Shown here: positions 9,817 to 21,678 of the stretch, piece by piece
Layout: each line of letters opens with the position of its first letter
How positions within the stretch are numbered: position 1 is the first letter of the stretch
From: Candidatus Omnitrophota bacterium
GTDB lineage: Bacteria > Omnitrophota > Gorgyraeia > Gygaellales > Profunditerraquicolaceae
Reading direction: 5' to 3'
NCBI GenBank assembly: GCA_041653115.1
Contig: JBAZGA010000004.1
Location: 4,660 to 68,659, forward strand
DNA length: 64,000 bases
Translations under genes and position numbers: made by a program
Notes under the pieces: model-generated
What the model saw: the letters and a program-made list of their open reading frames with translations, nothing else
What the model was told of the DNA's origin: nothing
Databases searched by the model: none

Positions 9817-10458
9817 TTATTTCAGGTTTTCCCTCGGTTCTTTCAAGGGCGGTTCTGCCGGCGCCATTTCTTTTGCTTTGGTCAATTTGGGTAAAATTAT
9901 AATTTCCACGCGGCGGTTTAACTGCCTGCCTTCTCTGGTATCGTTCAATGCCACCGGATGATATTCGCCGTAACCTATCGCGGAAACGCGCTCGGGGGAC
10001 AGCCCTTGCTGATCGACGAGATAATGCAGGACGCTTAAGGCGCGCGCAGTAGACAATTCCCAGTTTGATTTCCATCCGGAAAACCTGATCGGCTGGTTAT
10101 CGGTATGGCCTTCGATGCCGATATTTAAATCCGGCACGTTCTCCTGTAATACCCTTGCTACCTTATCCAGAGTGGGATAAGCCGCGGGCTTCAGCTTGGC
10201 TTTTCCGGAATCAAACAAAACATCGGCGACAAAAGTAATCACCAGCCCCTTGTCCATCATCTCTAATCTTACCTGCCTGTCTCCGATTTCCCCGCTTAAC
10301 CTTTCCTCAAGAAGCCTTCTGGCTTGAGCCAATTCGCTGGAGAGTTCTTCGATTTTCTGCGTATCCGAACGCCTTCCGGTTTGAAAAATAAAGGTGCACC
10401 CGGCAAGAGAAACGGCTAAAAATACGCTGAGCATAACTCTAAATGACGCGGCTCTCAT
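9817..10458 (-). CDS. OmpA/MotB-family lipoprotein (peptidoglycan-binding OmpA C-terminal domain)
   Basis: 213 aa. Lipobox signal MLSVFLAVSLAGC, then the OmpA_C signature (GHTDNQPI...NWELSTARALSV...NRRVEI). Confidence 0.8.
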   Translation of the reverse strand: MRAASFRVMLSVFLAVSLAGCTFIFQTGRRSDTQKIEELSSELAQARRLLEERLSGEIGDRQVRLEMMDKGLVITFVADVLFDSGKAKLKPAAYPTLDKVARVLQENVPDLNIGIEGHTDNQPIRFSGWKSNWELSTARALSVLHYLVDQQGLSPERVSAIGYGEYHPVALNDTREGRQLNRRVEIIILPKLTKAKEMAPAEPPLKEPRENLK

Positions 10459-10535
10459 AGCTCATACCTCCTATTTTTGGGGTTTTGTAAATGGAACTTA
10501 ATTATAACGCAATCAATAAGTTTAGTCAAGAGGTT

Positions 10536-11525
10536 TTATGGCCCTCTCTTTTTTTGGTTTTCTATAAATGGCCTTAATTTGGGCAGCATAAAAGAGGCTA
10601 AATATTTATGCCCTAATTCATTTAAGTGCGGGTCATTTATCCGGAAGCGAATATCTCCCGGGTCCAGGTTATGGTTTCTGAAATCCGGCAGCAGGTCATA
10701 GCAAATAACGCCATTATTTAAAAGATTGCTTCTTATATAATCGTGTATCCGGCTATACTGGTAATTTTGAAAGTTTTCGATTTCAGGTAAAATAAAAACG
10801 AGCAACTGAACATCCCGGCCTTCAAGGTAGCGGGAAAACCCTGTAATTTGATTTACGCATCCGGAGTAACTTGATTCCGGGATAAACCGGGGGGATTGTT
10901 TAAGATGCGTGCCTGTCAAAAATTTTAAAATTAACTTTTTAAGGTATGTTATGGCGTAGATATTTCTTCCCAGCATTTTCCTGATATTTAAAATGTGGTA
11001 TTTTTGTAATAGCCTGATCCTGGGGATATCCACGCTGACAGGCCCATTATCGCTTAGATTAAAGGTTAAAATAATTAAATCGGGATTGTATTTAAAGCCC
11101 TCTATTTTAAAAAAATTGATTTCTTGCGATGTATTATACCCCCCAACCCCGAGGTTAATTACCTCTACGGGATATCCGGCATTTAATAACGAATCCTCGA
11201 TTATTTTAGGGTAAGTATCCCTGTAATCCTTAACTCCCAGTCCAAATGTAAATGAATCGCCCAATACTACTATGCGGGTAAAAGGGTATTCTTTGCTATA
11301 GCTATATTCGCGGTCCCTGATGCCCTTTGAGTTGATCTTCATTATATAGCCGGAAAACTTACCGACAGAATTAGGAACTAACCGATAACCAAGAAATGGG
11401 TCCAGCTCATGGAGGGTCGGGGAGGGGTCCAGCAAGAATCTGGAAATTATCTCTAAGGCGATAAAAGAAACGCAAAGGCCGAAAATAATCAATAATATCT
11501 TGTGCCTAAAGAAAGGTTTAGCCAC
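10536..11525 (-). CDS. SGNH/GDSL-family hydrolase (lipase/esterase-like), membrane-anchored
   Basis: 329 aa. N-terminal TM helix, a block-I VVLGDSFTFG (GDS(L) motif), and a later GxND-like block. The gene is AT-rich. Confidence 0.7.
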   Translation of the reverse strand: MAKPFFRHKILLIIFGLCVSFIALEIISRFLLDPSPTLHELDPFLGYRLVPNSVGKFSGYIMKINSKGIRDREYSYSKEYPFTRIVVLGDSFTFGLGVKDYRDTYPKIIEDSLLNAGYPVEVINLGVGGYNTSQEINFFKIEGFKYNPDLIILTFNLSDNGPVSVDIPRIRLLQKYHILNIRKMLGRNIYAITYLKKLILKFLTGTHLKQSPRFIPESSYSGCVNQITGFSRYLEGRDVQLLVFILPEIENFQNYQYSRIHDYIRSNLLNNGVICYDLLPDFRNHNLDPGDIRFRINDPHLNELGHKYLASFMLPKLRPFIENQKKRGP

Positions 11526-11572
11526 AATTAAACAGAATAATTTGACTTAACGGTTTATATAAACTTTACAGA

Positions 11573-12292
11573 TTAATCATTTAATCCGTTGCTAACTATC
11601 AATCTTAGGTAATTACGCATTACCCCTAGACAGGTTGATATAAAACCGTATTTGCTTTTACCGAAACAGCGCGGGTGATGTTCTATCTTAACCTCCGCCA
11701 TTTTATCGGTATGCTTTGAAAAGATAAGCGGCAAAAAAAAGATATCGTATCTATTCTGAAAAGTGATGCCCTTGACGATAGTTTTCCTATATACCTTCAA
11801 CGGACAGCTGATATCATGTAGGTTGATTTTTGTTATACGCCTTTGCACATAATTACCCATTTGGGACTTTAAAACTTTATGCCACGGGTCGCGCCTGCGC
11901 CACCGCCATCCGCACACTAGATCAAAACCATCGTTCAATTTTAAAACTAATCTAAGAATGTCCTGCGGATCAGTTTGTAAGTCGGCATCTATTTGGGCAA
12001 TAATCTCTCCCCGCGCTTCACGAAACCCCTTCTCAAGCGCCTTGCATTGCCCCTCGTTTGAATTAAATCTAAAAACCCTGACCCTTTTATCTGCGCCTGC
12101 CAAGCCTTTTAATATATCATAAGAGCCATCGCAAGAACCGTCGTCAATAAATATCAGTTCGCTTTCCCCGCTAAAGGCCTCTAACATCTTCTTTATTCTG
12201 ACGTATAAAATTTGCAGCGTTTTCTCTTCGTTAAATACAGGTAAAACTATAGAAAGTTTAATACGCGAATTGTTCATCCCTGCATACGTCAT
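11573..12292 (-). CDS. family 2 glycosyltransferase (polyprenol-phosphate / DPM1-ArnC-like)
   Basis: 239 aa. LSIVLPVFNEE...IFIDDGSCDGS...QIDADLQ (DxD) pattern of GT2. AT-rich. Confidence 0.75.
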   Translation of the reverse strand: MTYAGMNNSRIKLSIVLPVFNEEKTLQILYVRIKKMLEAFSGESELIFIDDGSCDGSYDILKGLAGADKRVRVFRFNSNEGQCKALEKGFREARGEIIAQIDADLQTDPQDILRLVLKLNDGFDLVCGWRWRRRDPWHKVLKSQMGNYVQRRITKINLHDISCPLKVYRKTIVKGITFQNRYDIFFLPLIFSKHTDKMAEVKIEHHPRCFGKSKYGFISTCLGVMRNYLRLIVSNGLND

Positions 12293-12382
12293 CTTTTGAT
12301 TTTAGAAAAGTAAATTGAGCGCTCATTCCTCTTTGTTACAATTAGATTTAATATAAAGTCCGGATAGGGATTTTTAAAATGC

Positions 12383-14891
<2,509 letters not shown>

Positions 14892-14904
14892 TTTTACCTC
14901 TCTC

Positions 14905-16641
14905 TTATTTTTTAAATATATTTTTAAAGTGTTCTTTTGCCGGCGCTCCCTCAATACCGAATATTTCCTGATTATCCCAAAGATAGGTCGGCCCGAACAT
15001 CACCTCTAATTCCTTATTCAGGCCGATATTCTTCCTTAAAAGGCTCCTGCCTTCCTCGGACCTGGCGCAGGTTTTTATCTTCTGGCTGTCAGGGCCGCCC
15101 AAACAATCCTCCCACCAGGAAGTATTGATATGCTCTGCCCGGCAAGTGATATAATCCCAGAATTGCCCGGGATAATATTGCCGGACGCAGACTGCGCGTA
15201 AATATTCCTCTGCCTCAAGGTTACCCCTGGCAGCAGTAAAGTTACTGCCTTGCTCCGTAGCCAAAAAATGTATGTCGGGATGGAAATCCCTGATTGACTC
15301 TAATAACGGGGCAGAAGCCCCTTCATATAAACTCAGGAATAAATCCAGCTTTCCTTTTATCTTTTCCCTCCCCGGGAAATACGAGATGCCGCTGAACTCG
15401 GGTTTAATCAGATAGAAATTTCCTCTCATCTCCAGCCTCTCTTTTAGCTTTTCAAAACTTTTTTCTTTTTCTATTTTCCGGCTAAAAAGGTAAGCCGGCA
15501 ACCCCCGGACACCTAATTCCCTGACCATTTTTTTGGACTTCGGGTCGGGATAATATAGGTAAGAAATACTGATGCCCGGCAATACTGCTTTTAATTGCTG
15601 AACCATATTCTTTGTATCGCAGGACATGCACTCCCGGGGCGTAATCACGAGCAGCCCGGCTTTAATTTTAGGCAAAGGCTTAAACTGGCAGCGCGCGTCT
15701 GGGCTCGCCGGTTTCACGCATTTTCCCTCCGCGTCTTTCTTCCGGCAATCGCCGTCGCTAAAACAACGCGGCAGGATAGAAACTATTGCCGGGTCATCGC
15801 CGACTTTGTCGGACAAGCGCAACTCTTCTATTTTCGGGTTGATGATTTTACCGTCTTTAAATTCAAAAGTAAGCTTTCCCAGCCGGCGCCCCTGCCAGGA
15901 AGGCCTTAAGAGCAGGGTAGGGCCGATTTGGGCTGAAGCCCCTTCATTGGCATAGACATGCCCGGTAATCAGGATATCTATGCCGCCGACATCCCGGATT
16001 AATTTTAAATCGTCGCTCTCGCCCTGATGGCTTAAAAGCACGATGATTTTTGCCCCTCTTTGTTTTAATTCCTCTATTGCCTGCTTAAGCGCCGTTCTTG
16101 GTTCGTTAAATTCAACGCCTACCGCCTTGTTTCTTACTGCCGGATTGGCTAATCCGGTAATGCCGATTTTAATTCCGGCAATTTCTTTGATAATGTAAGG
16201 GGAGAATTTATCCGACTTCAGATTGCAGGCTAAAAAGGCCGGTTTTGTTTTAACGATATTGTCTTCCAGAAATTCTTTGCCGAAATTGAACTCGTCATCT
16301 CCCACTGCCAGCGCGTCATATCCCATCAATTCCATCGCCTTGAGGTTCAACAATGTGCGCCGCATATCAAAGTCGGTATTCTGGGCATATTCGTCCATCA
16401 GTCCGCCGGCAAAAAAATCCCCCGAATCCAAAAGCAGCAGTTCAGGATAGTCTTTTCTTAACTGCCGGATTAAGCTCGCCCTGCGGCTGACGCCGCCATC
16501 CGGCTCGAGCGGGCAATGACAGGGGTAAAGCATAGCATGCGTTGAGCCGGTATAAACAACCGTAATTTCTTTGGCAAATACGGCGGAAGGCAAGAACAAA
16601 AATATAAAACCAAAAAACGCGAGCTTTTGAATCCCGCTCAT
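14905..16641 (-). CDS. secreted 5'-nucleotidase-like metallophosphoesterase fused to a C-terminal CxxC thioredoxin/DsbA-like region
   Basis: 578 aa. Signal peptide, then the 5'-NT N-domain pattern (ITVVYTGSTHAML, LLLDSGDFFAGG, GYDALAVGDDEFNFG, LSHQG...ITGHVY). The C-terminal ~270 aa carry CMSC and further Cys pairs and lack the usual 5'-NT C-terminal domain. Confidence 0.6.
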   Translation of the reverse strand: MSGIQKLAFFGFIFLFLPSAVFAKEITVVYTGSTHAMLYPCHCPLEPDGGVSRRASLIRQLRKDYPELLLLDSGDFFAGGLMDEYAQNTDFDMRRTLLNLKAMELMGYDALAVGDDEFNFGKEFLEDNIVKTKPAFLACNLKSDKFSPYIIKEIAGIKIGITGLANPAVRNKAVGVEFNEPRTALKQAIEELKQRGAKIIVLLSHQGESDDLKLIRDVGGIDILITGHVYANEGASAQIGPTLLLRPSWQGRRLGKLTFEFKDGKIINPKIEELRLSDKVGDDPAIVSILPRCFSDGDCRKKDAEGKCVKPASPDARCQFKPLPKIKAGLLVITPRECMSCDTKNMVQQLKAVLPGISISYLYYPDPKSKKMVRELGVRGLPAYLFSRKIEKEKSFEKLKERLEMRGNFYLIKPEFSGISYFPGREKIKGKLDLFLSLYEGASAPLLESIRDFHPDIHFLATEQGSNFTAARGNLEAEEYLRAVCVRQYYPGQFWDYITCRAEHINTSWWEDCLGGPDSQKIKTCARSEEGRSLLRKNIGLNKELEVMFGPTYLWDNQEIFGIEGAPAKEHFKNIFKK

Positions 16642-18224
16642 ATCTTAATCACCTTTACCGTCAAAATATTCTCCAGCTTCCTGATTTTCTCTAAAACTTC
16701 CGCCGAGACCGGGCTGTCAACATTCAATACCGTAATCGCTTTTCCGCCCGGCTTTTCGCGGCCGAAAGTCATCGCGGCGATATTGATACTGTGCTTGCCT
16801 AAAAGCGTGCCGAGGTTGCCGATAATCCCGGGCTGGTCCTGGTTATTGATGACCACCATTTCACCGACCGGAGAAACTTCGGCATAATAACCGTTAATCT
16901 TGACAATCCTGGGCTGTTTATTCGGAGAAAGAGCGCCGTTAACAGACTTTGTTTCTTTATCGGTCTTTATCTCCAACTGGATGGTATTGACAAATTCTTC
17001 CTCCTTGGAAGATTTGACCTCCCTGATCTCAATCCCTCTTTCCTTGGCTAAACTGGTGGCGTTAATAAAGTTTACCGTCTCTTGCAAAATCGGGGAAAGC
17101 AGCCCTTTAACCAAGGCCATAGTCAATGGCCCGACGTCGTATTTAATTAATTCTCCGCTATAAGTTATCTTCAGCTCTTTACACCTTCCTTCTACTAACT
17201 GGCCGGCGAAGGAGCCTAATTTTTCCGATAAGTTTATATACGGCTCTAGGACCCTGTAAACTTCCATTTCCACAGAAGGGTAATTGGCGGCATTGCGGAT
17301 ACCCCTGCCTAAGAGCGCGTCGCGCACGATTTCCGCGACCTCAATCGCCACGTTAACCTGCGCTTCTTCCGTAGATGCCCCTAAATGCGGGGTAGTAATC
17401 ACGCAGTCCAGTTTCAAAAGTTCGTTTTCGCTCGCCGGAGGCTCTTTTTCAAAAACATCGATGGCGGCACCCGCGACTTTACCCTCTTTGACCGCCTTAG
17501 CCAGCGCTGTTTCATCGATAATCCCGCCGCGCGCGCAGTTAATCAGGCGCACGCCTTTTTTCATCAGGGCAAATTCCTTTGAAGAAAGCATATGCTTTGT
17601 CTCTTCGGTAAGCGGGGTATGCACGGTGATATAGTCGGCCTGCCCCAATAGCTCTTTTAACTCCACGACTTCTATGCCCAGCCGCTCTGCTACTTCGCGC
17701 GATAAAAACGGGTCGTAAGCCAACACCTTCATTCCGAAAGAAAGCGCGCGCTTGGCCACTTCTTTCCCAATCCTGCCGAAACCGACGATACCTAAGGACT
17801 TGCCATAAAGCTCGGTACCCATAAATTTCGAGCGCTTCCATTCCCCGGATTTCAATGAGGAATGAGCCTGAGGGATGCAGCGTGATAAAGCTAAAATCAT
17901 GCTCATTGTATGCTCGGCAGTGGAAATCGTGTTCCCGCCGGGCGTATTCATCACGATAATGCCTTTTTGCGTGGCTGCCTCTAAATCAACGTTATCCAGG
18001 CCCACGCCGGCGCGGCCGATGACCCTTAATTTCTGCGCCGCTGCGATGATATCTTTGGTTACCTTGGTGGCGCTCCTGACAATCAGCGCGTCATAATTCT
18101 TGATAATTTCTTTGAGCGCTTCGGGTTTTAGTTCGGTCTTTACGTCTACCTGAAATTCTTTAACCGCTTTAAGGATCTTTAGGCCTTCTTCAGATAACGG
18201 GTCGCTGACTAATATCTTTATCAT
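16638..18224 (-). CDS. serA: D-3-phosphoglycerate dehydrogenase with C-terminal ACT domain
   Basis: 528 aa. 2-hydroxyacid dehydrogenase motifs (GIVGFGRIGKEVAKRA, CARGGIIDE), plus ASB and ACT C-terminal regions. Confidence 0.9.
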   Translation of the reverse strand: MIKILVSDPLSEEGLKILKAVKEFQVDVKTELKPEALKEIIKNYDALIVRSATKVTKDIIAAAQKLRVIGRAGVGLDNVDLEAATQKGIIVMNTPGGNTISTAEHTMSMILALSRCIPQAHSSLKSGEWKRSKFMGTELYGKSLGIVGFGRIGKEVAKRALSFGMKVLAYDPFLSREVAERLGIEVVELKELLGQADYITVHTPLTEETKHMLSSKEFALMKKGVRLINCARGGIIDETALAKAVKEGKVAGAAIDVFEKEPPASENELLKLDCVITTPHLGASTEEAQVNVAIEVAEIVRDALLGRGIRNAANYPSVEMEVYRVLEPYINLSEKLGSFAGQLVEGRCKELKITYSGELIKYDVGPLTMALVKGLLSPILQETVNFINATSLAKERGIEIREVKSSKEEEFVNTIQLEIKTDKETKSVNGALSPNKQPRIVKINGYYAEVSPVGEMVVINNQDQPGIIGNLGTLLGKHSINIAAMTFGREKPGGKAITVLNVDSPVSAEVLEKIRKLENILTVKVIKI

Positions 18225-18239
18225 TCCTCACCCTCCATA

Positions 18240-19385
18240 TCAAGCGCGGGTCTTGTTAAATATCTCTTCGGCTGCTTTAATCCCTGAACCTAAATTAAAT
18301 CTATGCCCCATTTGCGCCAGGACTTTTTCCAAACAGGAAATGCCGGCGATAATATCGAATTCCTCGATAAAGCCCATATGGGCAATGCGGAAAACCTTGC
18401 CTTTCAATTCTGCCTGGCCTCCGGCGATAGTGACGCCGTAGGTATCGCGCATGGTCTTGACTAATTTTTCTCCGTCCAGACCTCCGGGCACCTTTACCGC
18501 AGTCACTACATCAGAGCCGGCAGCGGGAGCAAATAATTCTAACCCCAGCTCCTTTACCGCGGCCCTTGTCGCCTCTGCCATTTTTTTATGGCGCAGGAAA
18601 ATATTCTCCAGGCCGTCCTGCTTCATCATCCTTAACGCCTCGTTTAAAGCGATAATCAAGGTTATCGCCGGCGTAAAGGGAGTATCGGTTTTATCCAGGG
18701 CTTTTTTTGCCCGCTTTAAATCGAAATAGTATCTGCCGCTTTTTGCGCCTTCTATCAATTTCCATGCTTTTGGGCTGACTGAAATGAATCCCAGGCCAGG
18801 CGGGAGCATCAGTCCTTTTTGCGAGCCGGATACTACCATATCGCATGACCAGGCATCGGTCTTTAAGTCTATCGCACCCAGGCCGCTGATGGCGTCCACG
18901 ACCAGTGCTGCCGGCGTATCTTTAACCACCCTGCCGATTGCCTGAATATCATTTACTACGCCGGTAGAGGTCTCGCACAAAGTAGTAAACACTGCTTTTA
19001 TTTTTGGGTTGGCCTTTAATCTTTTCGCTATCTCCTGCGGCTCTACCGCCTTCCCCCATTCGACATCGAGTACTTCGGCATTTATGGCGTATGCCCGGCA
19101 AAGCTCGGTCCATCTTTCCCCGAATTTACCGCCCTGCACGGCTAATGCCGTATCACCCGGCGATAAAAGGTTTACTACTGCCGCCTCCATCGCGCCTGTT
19201 CCTGATGAAGCTAAGATAAAAACGTCATTTACCGTCTGAAAAACATGCTTCAGGCCTTCGTTAGCTTCTTTTAATATCGCCTGAAACTGGGGGGTGCGGT
19301 GGTGGATAATCGGCCGCGCCATTGCTTCGCAAACTTGCGGAGGCAGGGGCGTTGGCCCGGGCGTTAAAAGATAATTCTTGCGCAT
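18240..19385 (-). CDS. class V aminotransferase (AGXT family; probable phosphoserine/serine-pyruvate aminotransferase)
   Basis: 381 aa. N-terminus LLTPGPTPLP typical of the AGXT/SerC-like class V fold; PLP-lysine region SGSQKGLMLPPGLG. Adjacent to serA. Confidence 0.75.
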   Translation of the reverse strand: MRKNYLLTPGPTPLPPQVCEAMARPIIHHRTPQFQAILKEANEGLKHVFQTVNDVFILASSGTGAMEAAVVNLLSPGDTALAVQGGKFGERWTELCRAYAINAEVLDVEWGKAVEPQEIAKRLKANPKIKAVFTTLCETSTGVVNDIQAIGRVVKDTPAALVVDAISGLGAIDLKTDAWSCDMVVSGSQKGLMLPPGLGFISVSPKAWKLIEGAKSGRYYFDLKRAKKALDKTDTPFTPAITLIIALNEALRMMKQDGLENIFLRHKKMAEATRAAVKELGLELFAPAAGSDVVTAVKVPGGLDGEKLVKTMRDTYGVTIAGGQAELKGKVFRIAHMGFIEEFDIIAGISCLEKVLAQMGHRFNLGSGIKAAEEIFNKTRA

Positions 19386-19414
19386 GGCTCTTTCCTTTTG
19401 TTATAGGTTAATGG

Positions 19415-20023
19415 TTATTTTTTCTTAGTGTGGATGATTACTTCGTCAATCAAGCCGTAATCTTTGGCTTCCTGCGCGGACATAAAATAATCGCGGTCAG
19501 TGTCCTTCTGGATTTTCTCCAAAGACTGGTTTGTATGCTGGGCCAAAATTTCATTAATCCGGTCGCGCAGCTTAAGGATTTCCTTGGCGTGGCGCGAGAT
19601 ATCCTCGGCCGCCCCCTGGATTCCTCCCCAGGGCTGGTGAATCATCACCCGCGAATTCGGCAGGGTAAAGCGTTTTCCTTTGGTGCCGGCGGTCAATAAA
19701 AGCGCGCCCATGCTCGTTGCCTGGCCGACGCAGTAAGTCGCCACGTCGCATTTTACGAACTGCATCGTATCGTAGATAGCCAAGCCCGAAGTTACCGAGC
19801 CGCCCGGAGAATTGATATAAATATTGATGTCCTTATTGACGTCCTCCATCTGCAGAAAAAGCATCTGGGCGATAATCAGGTTGGCGACGACGTCGTCGAT
19901 AGCCGTGCCGATAAAGATAATCCTGTCTTTCAAAAGCCGCGAATAAATATCGTAAGCCCGCTCATAACCCCGCGATGTCTGTTCGATTACCATCGGTACC
20001 AAGGTTTGCCCTCTTGCGCTCAT
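19415..20023 (-). CDS. clpP: ATP-dependent Clp protease proteolytic subunit
   Basis: 202 aa. [23 protein letters not shown], catalytic GQATSMGA, and MIHQP. Confidence 0.95.
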   Translation of the reverse strand: MSARGQTLVPMVIEQTSRGYERAYDIYSRLLKDRIIFIGTAIDDVVANLIIAQMLFLQMEDVNKDINIYINSPGGSVTSGLAIYDTMQFVKCDVATYCVGQATSMGALLLTAGTKGKRFTLPNSRVMIHQPWGGIQGAAEDISRHAKEILKLRDRINEILAQHTNQSLEKIQKDTDRDYFMSAQEAKDYGLIDEVIIHTKKK

Positions 20024-20039
20024 CTTGACTTCTCCTTTT

Positions 20040-20921
20040 TTAACTAGCCTCCCGCTGCCAGGACGCCTCTGTTAACAATAACTCTATTACCCTGCGCGGC
20101 ATATGGTCGTCCAGGGGTATATTTTCTTTCTTGGCTATCTCGGCCAAAACCAGGTAAATCTTGACCTGTTTCTTTGCCTCGGGCTCTAATTTTTCCTTTA
20201 ATTCTTTTTCCTGTTCCTCGATTTTCCCCCGCTCCATGCCTTTTAACGCCAAATCCACCTTTGCCTGCCGGAGTAATTCCTCTAATTGCCGGCTGACTAA
20301 AGAAGCAGGCACTTTAAAATCCAAATCGCCGCTAATCTTTTCGATAATTCCCTCTTCGATTTTATGCCTCTGGAGGCTCTCCTTCTCGATAAAAATCTGC
20401 CTTTCTATTACCTTCTCCAATTCGGCTAAATCGGGGAACCCCTGGCTTTTGGCAAAGTTATCGTCCAGGGCATCAAGCTTCCTTGATTCTTTCAGGGAAT
20501 CAAGGTTGCGCTTTAACTCGTCGGGGTTTACCTCTATTTTCTTGTAATTTACCTTGAGCCCTTTGTAGTCTTTAAGTTTGATTTCGGGGCTGACCTCAAC
20601 CGTTGCCGTGAAAGCCAGGCTGGTCCGGTCTAACTTAACCTCGGATATTTCCGGCAGACCCAGGACATCCAAACCTTCCTTTTGGACCGCCTCCTGATAT
20701 AACCCGGGGATTAATTCCTTCAAAACCTGCTCCTGCGCGTGGCTGGAAAAATTCTTTTCCAGGATATCGCGCGGGGCGTGCCCCGGCCGAAAACCCGGAA
20801 TCTTTGCTTCCTGCGCTATTTTTTTAAAGACGTCTTCAAATTTATCCTTTACCACATCGCCGGTCACTGCGATAGTGAGCTGCCGCTTCGTGCTGTCGAT
20901 TTTTTTGACTTCTGTTTTCAT
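20040..20921 (-). CDS. tig: trigger factor, short form lacking the central PPIase domain
   Basis: 293 aa. N-terminal ribosome-binding signature GFRPGHAPR, and the tig-clpP order is conserved. At 293 aa against ~430 aa for the canonical protein, the FKBP domain is absent. Confidence 0.7.
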   Translation of the reverse strand: MKTEVKKIDSTKRQLTIAVTGDVVKDKFEDVFKKIAQEAKIPGFRPGHAPRDILEKNFSSHAQEQVLKELIPGLYQEAVQKEGLDVLGLPEISEVKLDRTSLAFTATVEVSPEIKLKDYKGLKVNYKKIEVNPDELKRNLDSLKESRKLDALDDNFAKSQGFPDLAELEKVIERQIFIEKESLQRHKIEEGIIEKISGDLDFKVPASLVSRQLEELLRQAKVDLALKGMERGKIEEQEKELKEKLEPEAKKQVKIYLVLAEIAKKENIPLDDHMPRRVIELLLTEASWQREAS

Positions 20922-20942
20922 CTGTCCCCCGCTTAGCTTGCC

Positions 20943-21665
20943 TCACATGCTGAACTTCTCACCCAGATAAATCTCCCGCGCCTTGGGGTTATTGATTAAT
21001 TCTCCGGCAGTACCGGTAATCAGGATTTTCCCCTCGGCAATCAAATAAGCCCGGTCGGTGATAGAGAGCGTCTCCCGGACATTATGGTCGGTAAGTAGAA
21101 TCCCCAGCCCCCTATCCCTTAATTCCTTGATAATCTCCTGCGCCTCGTTGACCACAATCGGGTCAATGCCGGAAAAGGGCTCGTCCAAAAGAATAAAAGA
21201 AGGGTTGGTAACCAGCGCACGGGTGATTTCCAGGCGCCTTCTTTCTCCGCCCGATAAAGTATAAGCCTTATTCTTGGCTAAATGCGCGATATTCAACTCT
21301 TCCAGCAGGTTTTTCAGCCGCTGTTTCCTTTGGCTCTTGCCCAGCGGCAGCGTTTCCAGTATCGCCATAATATTTTCTTCTACGGTCAGTTTCCTGAAAA
21401 TTGAAGCTTCCTGCGCCAGATAACCGATCCCGAAACGCACCCGCCCATGAATCGGCAAAGAGGTGATATCGCGGTTATCGAAGGTAATTGTCCCGCGGTT
21501 AGGCGTGATTACGCCGACAATCATATAAAAAGTGGTGGTCTTGCCTGCGCCGTTAGGGCCTAAGAGCCCGACTATTTCGCCGCGCTTGACCAGAATATCT
21601 ACGCCCTTGACGACTTCTCTGCCGTCGTAAGACTTGGACAATTCTTTAATTTCCAAAAGCCGCAT
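20943..21665 (-). CDS. lptB: LPS export ABC transporter ATP-binding protein
   Basis: 240 aa. Walker A GPNGAGKTT, LSGGERRRLEI signature, Walker B LLDEP; adjacent to the lptC/A-like gene. Confidence 0.88.
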   Translation of the reverse strand: MRLLEIKELSKSYDGREVVKGVDILVKRGEIVGLLGPNGAGKTTTFYMIVGVITPNRGTITFDNRDITSLPIHGRVRFGIGYLAQEASIFRKLTVEENIMAILETLPLGKSQRKQRLKNLLEELNIAHLAKNKAYTLSGGERRRLEITRALVTNPSFILLDEPFSGIDPIVVNEAQEIIKELRDRGLGILLTDHNVRETLSITDRAYLIAEGKILITGTAGELINNPKAREIYLGEKFSM

Positions 21666-21678
21666 TAAACCCTTCCCG

